Positions 1 to 9,497 of a stretch of DNA of 32,000 nt are shown here, piece by piece. Position 1 is the first letter of the stretch; each line of letters opens with the position of its first letter. Source of the DNA: Thermodesulfobacteriota bacterium. Lineage in GTDB: Bacteria > Desulfobacterota > WTBG01 > JAGOGO01. A program made the position numbers and the translations under genes. The stretch lies in assembly GCA_026625185.1 (NCBI GenBank), contig CP113000.1:30001-62000 (forward strand). The letters are read 5' to 3'. Under the pieces are notes generated by a model that did no database searches, was not told the origin of the DNA, and worked only from the letters and a program-made list of their open reading frames with translations.

Positions 1-38
1 TTTAAATTTAAAAAATTTATTTTCACCTCAACTTTTCA

Positions 39-392
39 CTACTCTCCTAAAATTTTTTTTATGGCTGCCTTAAGATTCGCAAGATTCGAGGATTTTACCA
101 CATAGGCGTCGGATGCCCAGGTCGCTAAATTTTGTTGATACTCGGGATAAGCGCTGGAAAGAATAACCGGCAAATCCCGAAACGTAGTGCGGATCTGCTG
201 AAGAATGTCAAGCCCATTTATATCGGGCATCTTGATATCCAAAATAATGAGATCCGGAAGAAACGCGGTCAGTAATGCAAGTGCTTCTTTGCCGTTGGCA
301 GCAACCTTCACCTCATATCCTTCCTCTTCCAACTCTTCTTTATATAATATTCTGATACCTTCTTCGTCATCAGCCACTAAAATTTTCTTCAT
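39..392 (-). CDS. Stand-alone response regulator (CheY-like receiver domain only)
   Basis: 117-aa ORF with receiver signatures: N-terminal acidic pair (VADDEEG), phospho-acceptor Asp context LIILDIKMPDINGL, conserved Ser (VILSSA) and Lys (YVVKS). No output domain. RBS GAAAGGA upstream. Starts 17 nt after the upstream gene's stop. Confidence 0.85.
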   Translation of the reverse strand: MKKILVADDEEGIRILYKEELEEEGYEVKVAANGKEALALLTAFLPDLIILDIKMPDINGLDILQQIRTTFRDLPVILSSAYPEYQQNLATWASDAYVVKSSNLANLKAAIKKILGE

Positions 393-409
393 GGTCTTAT
401 TCCTTTCTC

Positions 410-1408
410 TTATTTGATCTCCTTCAGAAACGTTGCCGCTTCCTCCGGAGGGGTTGGGTTGATATAAAATCCAGACCCAATTTCAAAGCCTGCAATTTTA
501 CTTAAGGTGGGAATGATTTCAAAATGCCAATGATAGTAATCATTAATCAACTCATTAAACGGAGACGTATGGAGGGTGAAATTGTAGGGCGGATCTTCCA
601 GCGCTGCTTCGAGGCGGCTTAAAACATCTTTGAAAATACGCGCCAGCGAACTATATTCTGCCGGAGAAATATTAACAAAAGAAGAAGAATGTTTTTTGGG
701 AAGAAGCCAAATTTCAAACGGCGAACGGGAAGCAAAGGGAGTGATTGCCAGAAAATCATCGTTTTCAACCACTACCCGGATTTTATCATCCAATTCTTGA
801 TGAACAATATCGCAAAAAACGCAGCGGTCTTTATACCGGTAATAATTTTTGCTCCCTTCCATCTCTTCCATCACCAATTTGGGAATAATCGGTAAGGCAA
901 TAAGTTGGGAATGGCTATGCGCGAGAGAAGCACCGGCTTCTACCCCATGATTTTTAAAAATCAGAACATAACGAAAGCGCACGTCTTTTTGTAAATCCAC
1001 AATGCGCTCCCGGTAAGTCCAGAGTACATCCTCAAAGGCTTTGGGATTAAGCTGACACAAGGAGCTACCATGGCGAGCCGTCTCAATAATAACCTCGTGG
1101 GCACCAATACCATTCATTTTATCATACATCCCCTCCGCTTGTTTTTTCAAACTCCCCTCAATAACCAAGGCGGGAAACTTATTGGAGACTACCCGCAAAG
1201 TCCACCCCGGAGTATTAGGCTTACTTCCATCCCGTCGTAACGCATAGACCTCAGGAGGAGTTTTGTCCTCATTCTCCGGGCAAAGCGGGCAAAATCCACC
1301 CGCTACCGCAGGCTTTTCGTTCATCTTAAAACTGGTAGGACGTTTTCCGCGTTCGGTTGAAATAATCACCCAACGACCGACAATAGGGTCTTTACGAAGT
1401 TCAGGCAT
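410..1408 (-). CDS. galT: GalT-family HIT nucleotidyltransferase (galactose-1-phosphate uridylyltransferase-like; sugar specificity uncertain)
   Basis: 332-aa ORF. N-terminus ELRKDPIVGRWVIIS..RGKRP, zinc-site CPLCPENE and catalytic HxHxQ motif (HSHSQLIALP) are typical of the GalT / ADP-glucose phosphorylase branch of the HIT superfamily. Confidence 0.7.
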   Translation of the reverse strand: MPELRKDPIVGRWVIISTERGKRPTSFKMNEKPAVAGGFCPLCPENEDKTPPEVYALRRDGSKPNTPGWTLRVVSNKFPALVIEGSLKKQAEGMYDKMNGIGAHEVIIETARHGSSLCQLNPKAFEDVLWTYRERIVDLQKDVRFRYVLIFKNHGVEAGASLAHSHSQLIALPIIPKLVMEEMEGSKNYYRYKDRCVFCDIVHQELDDKIRVVVENDDFLAITPFASRSPFEIWLLPKKHSSSFVNISPAEYSSLARIFKDVLSRLEAALEDPPYNFTLHTSPFNELINDYYHWHFEIIPTLSKIAGFEIGSGFYINPTPPEEAATFLKEIK

Positions 1409-1466
1409 ATGTTTACCTCACATAAGATTTTTTTTAACACCCGGGCGAGGCCATGACCCTTCATTG

Positions 1467-2216
1467 TTACAAGCGGTTAATCAAACTCGCAACGCAGCCC
1501 GCTCCAAAACCATTATCAATATTAACGACCGCAACACTTGAAGCACAAGAATTTAACATTCCTAACAGCGCTGCCATCCCTCCAAAATTAGCGCCATAGC
1601 CAATACTCGTTGGGACTGCGATCACCGGTCTCGATACCAACCCCCCCACCACACTGGGCAGTGCTCCTTCCATTCCTGCTACTACAATAAACACGCGGGC
1701 TTCTGAAAGCTTTTCGAGTTGATTAACCAAACGATGTATACCGGCTACACCCACATCATACATGGTATCCACCCGATTCCCCATCATCCGGGCAGTGATC
1801 ACTGCTTCTTCGGCAATGGGAATATCTGAGGTCCCCGCACTGATCACCATAATTATTCCTTTCCCTACAATCTCTATTTCTTTTGAATGAAAAGTCAGCA
1901 TGTGGGAAAGAGCATGATACTCAACCGTGGGTAGCGCCTTGGCAATGTATTCCGCTTTTCCTCGACCCACGCGGGTCACAATAATCGGATGCTCCTTGTC
2001 CATCATTCGTTTAATGATCGTGAGGATCTGTTCCGCAGTCTTTTCCTTACCCCAGATGCACTCCGGGAACCCCTGCCGAAGAGACCGGTGGTGGTCAATA
2101 GTTACAAACCCCAGTTCCTCAAAAGGAAGATACCTGAGCTTCGTTATGGCATCGTCAATGCTCAGCGCGTTTGATTGAACGCTGTTTAAAATGTTTTTAA
2201 GAAGCTTTTCATCCAT
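1467..2216 (-). CDS. larB: Nickel-pincer cofactor biosynthesis protein LarB (PurE-like carboxylase/hydrolase)
   Basis: 249-aa ORF. The C-terminal half (VVAGMEGALPSVVGGLVSRPVIAVPTSIGYGANFGGMAALLGMLNSCASSVAVVNIDNGFGAG) matches my recollection of Lactobacillus LarB almost residue for residue. The N-terminal LSIDDA..LRY..FEELGF..IDHHR also fits. Confidence 0.8.
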   Translation of the reverse strand: MDEKLLKNILNSVQSNALSIDDAITKLRYLPFEELGFVTIDHHRSLRQGFPECIWGKEKTAEQILTIIKRMMDKEHPIIVTRVGRGKAEYIAKALPTVEYHALSHMLTFHSKEIEIVGKGIIMVISAGTSDIPIAEEAVITARMMGNRVDTMYDVGVAGIHRLVNQLEKLSEARVFIVVAGMEGALPSVVGGLVSRPVIAVPTSIGYGANFGGMAALLGMLNSCASSVAVVNIDNGFGAGCVASLINRL

Positions 2217-2288
2217 GCGTCGGTTTCCAAAAACGAAAGAAAAAAACAGATCACCCTCATCTCTATTACCCAGACTGCCTCTATCTGT

Positions 2289-3296
2289 TTATCCGGTCTT
2301 AAAGTGGTCATATCCCCGCGGTTCGGCTTTTTTACTTCTTCCTTGTTCATCTTTAAGCCAAATCCCTTTAATCTCCCGGGCAAGTTTGCCGATACAGGTA
2401 ATAGGAACATCAAGTTCCTGACTGAGCTGAGCCACCTGAATGCTTTTTTCAGGGGAAACGCTGAAAAGAAGTTCGTAATCTTCGCCGCCACTTAAAGCCA
2501 GAGAAAGCGGATCAGCTGCGAAGTCGCGTGCCCAGATCTGAAACTCCGGTGAACGGGGTACACCGGACAAGTCAACCTCCGCTCCCACACCGCTTTGTTC
2601 CACGATATGATTTAAATCTGCCAATAAACCATCACTGATATCAATCATCGCATTGGGAATCCCCCGTTCCGCCAGGACCTGGCCCTCTTTAACCCGGGGA
2701 AGAGGCGAAAAATGTCGCGCCAGGAGGTTCTCTTTCCCTGCTCTGTTTCCTCCTTGTTCGGATATCCTCAAACCCAGCGCTGCGTCTCCGAGCCAGCCAG
2801 TCACATAAAGAAGATCTCCATCCTTTCCCCCGCCTCGATAGATCACCTTCCCTTTCGATGCCTTTCCCAACAATGCCAGTGAAATAAAAAACCGTTCTCC
2901 GCTTTCCGAGGTATCACCACCAATGAGCGCTACCCCCATCATTTCCCCGAAACTGGTTATCCCCTCATAAAAAGCGTCTAAAAAATCCAAAGCAATCCGT
3001 TGGCTAGGTATCCCGAGGCTTAGGGTATAGCCAATCGGATATCCGCCCATTGCCGCGATATCACTCAGGTTGACAGCCAAGGCCTTCGCGCCCAGCCTCT
3101 TTCCCTCGGTTTCATCGATGCGAAAATGGAAACCCTCGATCAATTGATCGGCAGTCAAAAGGATAACCAGATCGTCAGAAAAGGAAATGACCGCAGCATC
3201 ATCACCAATGCCTTTAAGAATAAAAGGAGGCTGGATAGGACACCGTCGGGTAATCCGGTTAATAAAACCAAATTCTCCCAGGTCAGAAAATTTCAC
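2289..3296 (-). CDS. thiL: Thiamine-monophosphate kinase
   Basis: 335-aa ORF with an AIR-synthase-like fold: N-terminus GEFGFINRI, KGIGDDAAVI, later GGDTS and ISDGLLADL motifs typical of ThiL. Confidence 0.85.
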   Translation of the reverse strand: MKFSDLGEFGFINRITRRCPIQPPFILKGIGDDAAVISFSDDLVILLTADQLIEGFHFRIDETEGKRLGAKALAVNLSDIAAMGGYPIGYTLSLGIPSQRIALDFLDAFYEGITSFGEMMGVALIGGDTSESGERFFISLALLGKASKGKVIYRGGGKDGDLLYVTGWLGDAALGLRISEQGGNRAGKENLLARHFSPLPRVKEGQVLAERGIPNAMIDISDGLLADLNHIVEQSGVGAEVDLSGVPRSPEFQIWARDFAADPLSLALSGGEDYELLFSVSPEKSIQVAQLSQELDVPITCIGKLAREIKGIWLKDEQGRSKKAEPRGYDHFKTG

Positions 3297-3442
3297 GCTC
3301 GTTTTGAATCATCTTTTTTTTTGCAGGTTAATCTTTTTGTGTTTAATCTAAACGGATTTAAACAAAATTTCTGTTTCCCTAACCGTAATAGTATGACTAC
3401 CCGGGGTTGTCAAGTTTGGGGAAAGTCAACCATAACAAATCA

Positions 3443-3811
3443 TTAAGTAATTATCTGAGTTACGGCAACCGCATAAGTTTGGCAGTGAGACAAAGAAACC
3501 TTGATCGTTTTTATGCCGTGCTTTTGGCTGAAGGTGTATGCTTGATTATGCAGATAAACCTCGGGCTTTCCTGAGCGACTGTTAATGATTTCCAGGTCTC
3601 TCAACATGAGAATCTCTCCCTGTTCGTTGCCCAAGGCCTTCAGAATACTTTCCTTAGCCGCAAACCGGGCAGCGTAGTGCTGAGCCGGATATTTTTTGTG
3701 TTCACAATAGGAGATTTCCCGGTCAGTAAAGAATCGAGAACGGAAGTTGGGGTATTTTTTGAGCAAACGATCAATCCGGTCTATTTCAATAATATCGACC
3801 CCAATATCCAT
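3443..3811 (-). CDS. acpS: Holo-[acyl-carrier-protein] synthase (4'-phosphopantetheinyl transferase)
   Basis: The ORF track gives 3443..3850. I place the start at the internal ATG at 3811 (MDIGVDIIEIDRI...), which is preceded by AAAGGAGA and matches the canonical AcpS N-terminus. Also present: FAAKES..KALG and SLSH motifs. Confidence 0.85.
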   Translation of the reverse strand: MDIGVDIIEIDRIDRLLKKYPNFRSRFFTDREISYCEHKKYPAQHYAARFAAKESILKALGNEQGEILMLRDLEIINSRSGKPEVYLHNQAYTFSQKHGIKTIKVSLSHCQTYAVAVTQIIT

Positions 3812-3929
3812 TTTATTATCTCCTTTTAAAGTCTTTCGAAAAAAAACCAAATTTACCCCGTGTGAAAGCCTTTCTAACGGGGCAAACGATCTGGGGGCGA
3901 CAAATATTTAAAAACCAAAAAGGGTCCGG

Positions 3930-4121
3930 TCACGAATCTTCACGAAAAACAATCTTACTCTCGCGAAGAGAAAATTTTTTCAAAGAACCTTTAATTTTTT
4001 TCTCTTCACCAAAAATATTGATTAATCGAAGTGTCCCATCCACCACCTCGATTACATCAACATTCTCCAACAACAGTTCCTCTCCCCCTCCCCGCTCTAA
4101 AAACGCATTCGTCTCGCACAT
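3930..4121 (-). CDS. CooT-family small nickel-binding protein (putative)
   Basis: 63-aa ORF starting Met-Cys. It aligns from memory with Rhodospirillum CooT (MCMAKVVL...EIGDVLEVRAEGGAVRVTTLFDEE..) as MCETNAFL...LLENVDVIEVVDGTLRLINIFGEEK. AAGGA-type RBS upstream. Confidence 0.6.
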   Translation of the reverse strand: MCETNAFLERGGGEELLLENVDVIEVVDGTLRLINIFGEEKKIKGSLKKFSLRESKIVFREDS

Positions 4122-4611
4122 TTTTTTCTTTTCCTTTTAGATTAAACAATACCGTTAAAGTTAGCAGGTTTGTTATAAAAGTCAAGGCATTTGGTGGTTA
4201 ACGGTGAGGCGATATTTTTTTTAACGTCTGGGTACTTCTCTTCTTTTCTTTATCCTGTAAATTTCGCCACCTTACCTGAAAACGGATCATCGACTGATAA
4301 CATTCCCGAACAATTCGATAAGCCATAAAAGAAACTGTTATTTTTTATAAAACCTCCTCAAAGCCGACTCTTGATCTGTTAAATCCATTCTGCTGCCGAT
4401 AATTCCCTTTGCTTTACATTTGTCCCTATTTTTTTATACTTTTCTATTCGGCGACTATGGTAATTTGTTTTCTTTCCGGGAATACTGTTGTCTTATCCGG
4501 AAAAACATAAAAAAAGACACCTCGCGACCGTTATCAAAGGGGGGCCTAAAACATTGCTGGGTTCCGCAAAACAAGAAAAAATTTTTCACATGCCGTAATG
4601 AGGGGATCTAT

Positions 4612-5517
4612 ATGAAAATCTTTATGGGTAAAGTTGTTTTTTTTCTGGTTATTGTTTTTTTCTCCTTCTCATATTATGTCAGCGCTCAGATTTTTAAATA
4701 CCAGGATAAAGATGGCAAAATCCATTTTACCTCAGACCCAAACGCGATCCCTGAGGGAGGGAAAATTTTAAAGGCTTTCGAAACCCAAGAAGGTAATAAA
4801 AACAATCCTCAAGAAGAAAATCTCCCCGATAATTATCCTCCTGACATGAGACCCAATCTACAGGTGCTTCAAACTGTTCTTCAATTATACCACGCAACCC
4901 ATACTTATAGCGAACCAGATTTTTTCGTTTGCGCGGACATGGCGATAGATGTCTGGAACATGGTAAAAACCAAAGGGATTAACGCCCGGATTGCCGCCGG
5001 CAATGTTAATAACCCCCAGGCGGATGGGACGGAATTTAATCACGCTTGGGTTGTGGCTGAAGCCGCTCAGCGCAAATGGATCGCGCTGGAAACTACCGGT
5101 GGCTATCTGGTCTCAGGCAAAAAAAACAAAAATTATTACCGGGGTTATTTCTTTGCTTCACCGCGAGAGCTCAAAGAATACTGTGACCTTTATCAAAAAA
5201 GGAGCGAGCTTATTAAAAGGACTCAACCCTTACAAAAGGAACTGGAAAAATTCAAAGACGATTATGACCGGGAATTAAAAAAGTATAACAACATGGTGGA
5301 TGACTACAATAAAAAATATGCGGGGCGGTTTTTCACGTTAGGTCAACACCAAGAAGCTCAAGCGTGCAAAGAAAATATTACTCAACAAGGCAGGATGGTG
5401 AAAGAATTTGAGGGGCGGGGAAAACAGTTGAGCGAACTTATAAATGCCAATATTGAGGAGCTGGGAACCTTTGAGCAAACCTTAGATAAATCGATTGAAA
5501 CCCTGCCGTCTAATTGA
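4612..5517 (+). CDS. Secreted DUF4124 + transglutaminase-like cysteine-peptidase-fold protein with C-terminal coiled coil
   Basis: The ORF track starts at 4420. The likely start is the ATG at 4612, giving a signal peptide (MKIFMGKVVFFLVIVFFSFSYYVSA). DUF4124-like IFKYQDKDGKIHFTSDP follows. The TGase-core pattern is FVCADMA..(Cys)..GINARIAAG..NHAWVVAE..(His)..WIALETT (acidic). The tail is Lys/Glu-rich heptad-like. Confidence 0.55.
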   Translation: MKIFMGKVVFFLVIVFFSFSYYVSAQIFKYQDKDGKIHFTSDPNAIPEGGKILKAFETQEGNKNNPQEENLPDNYPPDMRPNLQVLQTVLQLYHATHTYSEPDFFVCADMAIDVWNMVKTKGINARIAAGNVNNPQADGTEFNHAWVVAEAAQRKWIALETTGGYLVSGKKNKNYYRGYFFASPRELKEYCDLYQKRSELIKRTQPLQKELEKFKDDYDRELKKYNNMVDDYNKKYAGRFFTLGQHQEAQACKENITQQGRMVKEFEGRGKQLSELINANIEELGTFEQTLDKSIETLPSN

Positions 5518-8500
5518 GACGAACTGAAACCACCTTGGATACTCCCGGTTCTTCCATCGTTATTCCGTACAACGTATCCGCGATCTCCATAGTCTTCTTG
5601 TTGTGGGTGATAACGATAAATTGGGAATTGGGAGCAAATTGCCTGAGGATAGCGACAAACCGATCAACGTTGGCATCATCCAACGGCGAATCAACCTCAT
5701 CCAGCAGGCAAAAAGGAGTGGGTTTGATGAGGTAGAGGGCAAAGAGGAGACTAATCGCGGAAAGAGCCTTTTCCCCACCCGAAAGAAGGCTGATGTGCCT
5801 GAGGCTTTTTCCTGCAGGTTGCACCATGATCTCCACTCCGGTTTCCAAAAGATCGCTCTCGTCAGTCAGGATAAGCTCTCCCTTACCCCCCGTAAATACT
5901 AAGGGCAGTATCTCTTTAAAATTCTCATTAACTTTATAAAAAGTGTCTCGAAACCTTTCCCGGCTGGTCCGGTTGATTTTTTGAATTGCCTCCTGGAGTG
6001 AATCCAGGGCGTTACTCAAATCTTCAGCTTGACTCCGATAAAACTGGTGTTTTTCAACCTGTTCTTCGTATTCCCTTTCCGCATTAAAATTTATTCCCTC
6101 CATCATTTTTTCCTGAGCGCGTTCAAATTTTTCAAGCTTGGTTTGAGTTTCTTCAATCGGATAGTCTTCCGCAGAAAATTGATCCGCTGTCTCATGGAGA
6201 GAAACATGATACTTGCTTTCGATCTTGTCTTCCAGAAATCGAACCTCAGTACTGAATTGGGCCAGCTCATGGTCAAGCTCCTGGATGGAAGGATTAAGGC
6301 TGTTAAACTCCTGTTGACCCACCTTCAGTCTTTCCTCATGTAAACGGAGATCGTGACGCGCCTCTTCAAGCTTGTTTTCTTGCTGATTGAGCGTTTCCTG
6401 GTGCGCCTGAAATAACCGGCTCATATCATCCATGCGGATAGTCGCTGCCGTAATCTCTTCGCGGAGTAAAGCGGCCTGTTGCTCTGCCTCTTCACGCAAC
6501 CTTTTTCCTTTCTCAATTTCATAGATACAGTTTTCGCGTGTCTTTTGCCGCAACTCTAAGGTCGAGGTCAAACTGGAAATCCGGGCTTTCAAATCCATGA
6601 GCACATTTTTATAGTGATTAAACCCGGTTTCCTGCGAGTCAATTTTTTCCTGACATTCTTTCTCTTTGCTCTGGAGCACCGAAAAGGTCTCCTCAAGCAA
6701 AGCTTGCCGCGAAAGGAGAGCTTCCAGCTCAAAAAGGTTTTTCTCCAAATCTTCCTCTATCTCCGCCAATTCGCCCTGAAGTTTGCGTTCTTCCAAAACT
6801 AAAAACTCGGTCTTTTTCTGAACCCGCTCGATTTCTCCTTGGTTTTGATGCAGGTCTCTTTCCGTATGTTGGAGAGAAAGTTTTTGCTGTATCAGACGAT
6901 ATTCTATCTCTTTAAGCGATCTTTTTTTTTCTTCTAAGTCACCGGTCGTTTCTTCTTTTTTACTTTGGAGATCGCGCAGCTCCTGAGTCAAAAAAGACAG
7001 CTTTTCTTCTAATTCGTTTACTTCCCGTTTTCTTTTTAAGAATCTACTCCCCGCGCCATTTTGGTTGCCGCCGGTAATGACACCTCTCGGGTCCACGATC
7101 TCTCCGCTTAAGGTGACCAGAGTATGAGCATCAGTCTGTTTCCAGATCGAAAGCGCCTGAGGTAAATCTTCCACCAGCAAAGCGTCACCAAGAAGGTAGC
7201 TGATAATCTGGTCAAAACCATCTTTGACTTTAACCAGGGTGATCAAAGGCGTAGCTTGGGGGGATAAGGAGCTCTCATGCTTATCCACAAAGGAAAACGG
7301 CTTTTCAATCTCAAGGGGGATAAAGCTCCCCCGGCCTAAAGACTGAGCCTTTAAGTATTCAACCGCTTCAACCCCTTCGGCCTGACTTTTTACGATCACA
7401 TACTGAAGCTTTTCTCCGAGAACCGACTCTACCGCCGTCTCAAACCGAGGGTCAGTCTCAATTACATCTGCCGTCAGTCCTAAAAGACCATCCCTTCCTT
7501 TCTCTAATTCGTCTTTTTTCTGCATGATGCAGCGAACTCCATCACTGCACCCTTCAAAGTTTTTTTGGAGTTCCTGGATAGAGTCCCTTTGGGATTCAAA
7601 CCGAGCTAAATTTTCTTTTCCGGTCGCGATCGCCTCGGTTACTTCCTTGATCTCCTGTTCCAGCCGGGAAATTTTATCCGTACAAATGGCCTTTTCTTTT
7701 TCCAAAAGTTCCTGGTCCTGGCGGCTTTTTTCTAACTCCCGGATGATGCTCGCATGTTTGGTTCTTAAAGCCTCATACTGTTCCTGAGACTCCCCACCCT
7801 CTTCTCCATTTCGTTCCAACCGTCGCTTATACTCATTTTTGGTCTGTTTGCCGTGGTCAATACTGTTTTCTCGGCGGCTTATTTGGTAACGAGCCTCAAA
7901 CAACTGTTCCCTCCGGTTTTCCAAGTCACTGCGGATAAGAGCGAAATCTTTTTTGAGCTGGGAGAGTTTCTCTTCCTCCCCTTTAAGAAGGGCTTCCATT
8001 TCCTGAAGCTCGGCTTGAGACTGATTTTTTAATGCTTCCGACTTCGTGATTTCTTCTTCCTCCAGCTGGAGGCAAGAAAGATTCTCGTCCATCTCCTTTA
8101 AGGCTTTTTCGCTTTGTATCCCTAAATCATTAATCTTTTCTTTCCTGCGGGCGCTGTTGTTTTCTTCCTCGCGCATAGAATATTCGAGTTCGAGGCTTTT
8201 TTTCTCCAGAGCAGTAAATTTTTCCTCTTCTGCCTGCAGATTCGTTTTTTTCGCGACCATATCCGCATCTACGGAATTTATCTCCGCCATCAAAAAAGCC
8301 TGCCGGTCTTTTAGTTTTCCCAGCTCGGTTTGTTTCAGAAACTCCTGGTTTGATAAGGCCGCGTACTGCTGGGAGGTCAAAGCCAATTCCAGGATACGGA
8401 TCCTGTCTTTGAGTCCTTTGAATCTTTTTAATTTTTGGGCCTGATACCTGAGAGAGCTGATTTGTTTCTCAATCTCTCCCAGCACGTCTTTTACCCGGAG

Positions 8501-9073
8501 AAGGTTTTGCCGGGTGGCATCCATCTTCCGAAGCGCTTCTTGCTTTCGGACTTTATATTTTGAAATCCCGGCCGCCTCTTCGATGAGCATGCGAAGCTCT
8601 TGAGGCTTGGAGTTGATAATCGTATCCACCCTGCCCTGTTCAATAATTGAGTAAGCTTTTGCTCCTACCCCGGTATCCAAAAAAAGTTCGGTGATATCCT
8701 TCAACCGGCAAGCGGTTTTATTGATATAGTATTCACTCTCTCCGTTGCGAAATACCCGGCGGGTGATTTCAATCTCCGAAAATTCCTTGTATTGGACCGG
8801 CGCGTTTCCATTATCATTAGCAAAGGTAAGCGAAACTTCAGCCATACCGAGAGGTTTCTTTTCCCGGCTCCCGTTAAAAATAACATCCTCCATCAAGCTG
8901 CCCCGGAGGTGTTTAGCGCTCTGCTCGCCCAAAGCCCAGCGGATCGCGTCCACGACATTGCTCTTACCGCACCCGTTCGGGCCGACCAAACCTGTAATTC
9001 CCGGAAGAAATGAAAGCGAGGTTTTCTTAAAAAAAGATTTAAACCCCAAAATGTCTACTGCTTTTATTTTCAT
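5510..9073 (-). CDS. smc: Chromosome partition protein SMC
   Basis: 1187-aa ORF with N-terminal Walker A (GPNGCGKSNVVDA), a long coiled coil, a central hinge (GLLGLTADVI..), C-terminal signature LSGGEK and Walker B (FCLLDEVDSPLD). Confidence 0.95.
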   Translation of the reverse strand: MKIKAVDILGFKSFFKKTSLSFLPGITGLVGPNGCGKSNVVDAIRWALGEQSAKHLRGSLMEDVIFNGSREKKPLGMAEVSLTFANDNGNAPVQYKEFSEIEITRRVFRNGESEYYINKTACRLKDITELFLDTGVGAKAYSIIEQGRVDTIINSKPQELRMLIEEAAGISKYKVRKQEALRKMDATRQNLLRVKDVLGEIEKQISSLRYQAQKLKRFKGLKDRIRILELALTSQQYAALSNQEFLKQTELGKLKDRQAFLMAEINSVDADMVAKKTNLQAEEEKFTALEKKSLELEYSMREEENNSARRKEKINDLGIQSEKALKEMDENLSCLQLEEEEITKSEALKNQSQAELQEMEALLKGEEEKLSQLKKDFALIRSDLENRREQLFEARYQISRRENSIDHGKQTKNEYKRRLERNGEEGGESQEQYEALRTKHASIIRELEKSRQDQELLEKEKAICTDKISRLEQEIKEVTEAIATGKENLARFESQRDSIQELQKNFEGCSDGVRCIMQKKDELEKGRDGLLGLTADVIETDPRFETAVESVLGEKLQYVIVKSQAEGVEAVEYLKAQSLGRGSFIPLEIEKPFSFVDKHESSLSPQATPLITLVKVKDGFDQIISYLLGDALLVEDLPQALSIWKQTDAHTLVTLSGEIVDPRGVITGGNQNGAGSRFLKRKREVNELEEKLSFLTQELRDLQSKKEETTGDLEEKKRSLKEIEYRLIQQKLSLQHTERDLHQNQGEIERVQKKTEFLVLEERKLQGELAEIEEDLEKNLFELEALLSRQALLEETFSVLQSKEKECQEKIDSQETGFNHYKNVLMDLKARISSLTSTLELRQKTRENCIYEIEKGKRLREEAEQQAALLREEITAATIRMDDMSRLFQAHQETLNQQENKLEEARHDLRLHEERLKVGQQEFNSLNPSIQELDHELAQFSTEVRFLEDKIESKYHVSLHETADQFSAEDYPIEETQTKLEKFERAQEKMMEGINFNAEREYEEQVEKHQFYRSQAEDLSNALDSLQEAIQKINRTSRERFRDTFYKVNENFKEILPLVFTGGKGELILTDESDLLETGVEIMVQPAGKSLRHISLLSGGEKALSAISLLFALYLIKPTPFCLLDEVDSPLDDANVDRFVAILRQFAPNSQFIVITHNKKTMEIADTLYGITMEEPGVSKVVSVRLN

Positions 9074-9422
9074 AGACCCTTCCAGAGAAAAAATTTTTTA
9101 TTTTTTTAAATACTTCCGTGGGGTTTAAAAAAACCCCAAAACTTTGAAAAAATATTATCAAATAAAAAGTCAAATTGCAAGAAAAACTACCATAAAATGT
9201 GTAGGTTTACTTTTTTACCACAACATATTGTATTAAAAAAGATTATTCCAGATTTTGCAAAAAGACGGAAAAGAGGTTCTATTTTCCGAAGCTTAGCAGT
9301 AACCGATTATCACGCGGCTTGATAAGCATCCACATTTCCTTTATAAAAAATTTTACCCCTCTTTTTTAAAAAATCAAAGTCACTTGCGATCCGGCAGGGA
9401 CTTCGACCGGATGTTTTCCTCC

Positions 9423-9455
9423 AAAAAAAAACGCCTGACCCATTCCGTTTTCAGG
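9423..9455 (-). terminator. Weak candidate intrinsic terminator downstream of the DUF2062 gene
   Basis: On the minus strand, CCTGA-N12-TCAGG (5-bp stem, 9434-9455) is followed by CG and a run of 9 T (plus-strand A-run 9423-9431). The stem is short. Confidence 0.3.
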
Positions 9456-9497
9456 AAACAAATCAAGCGATCAGAACGCTTGTTATTTTTTTACAAC

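Noticed and set aside
2186-2491. 101-aa minus-strand ORF bridging the thiL 3' end and the larB start
   Set aside because: It overlaps thiL out of frame and larB's start. No motifs. It is explained as an off-frame ORF.
4420-4611. 64-codon upstream extension of the transglutaminase-like ORF (TTG start at 4420)
   Set aside because: The extension has odd composition and precedes a textbook signal peptide that begins at the ATG at 4612.
5514-8886. Many 60-130-aa plus- and minus-strand ORFs inside smc (e.g. 6029..6343, 8046..8444, 8745..9128)
   Set aside because: These are Ser/Phe/Leu-rich low-complexity translations, typical of antisense or off-frame reading of a Glu/Lys/Leu-rich coiled-coil gene. 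All are nested in a 1187-aa ORF with unambiguous SMC motifs.
9120-9137. Hairpin GGGGTTT-AAAA-AAACCCC in the smc upstream region
   Set aside because: The stem is formed largely by A/T homopolymers and no U-tract follows on either strand. It is not convincing as a terminator or regulatory element.
9074-9497. The 450-bp AT-rich spacer upstream of smc, as a possible ncRNA or tRNA locus
   Set aside because: Scanned by eye for tRNA cloverleaf ends and for conserved RNase P/SRP/tmRNA/6S-like motifs and found none. Most likely it is promoter/UTR DNA.
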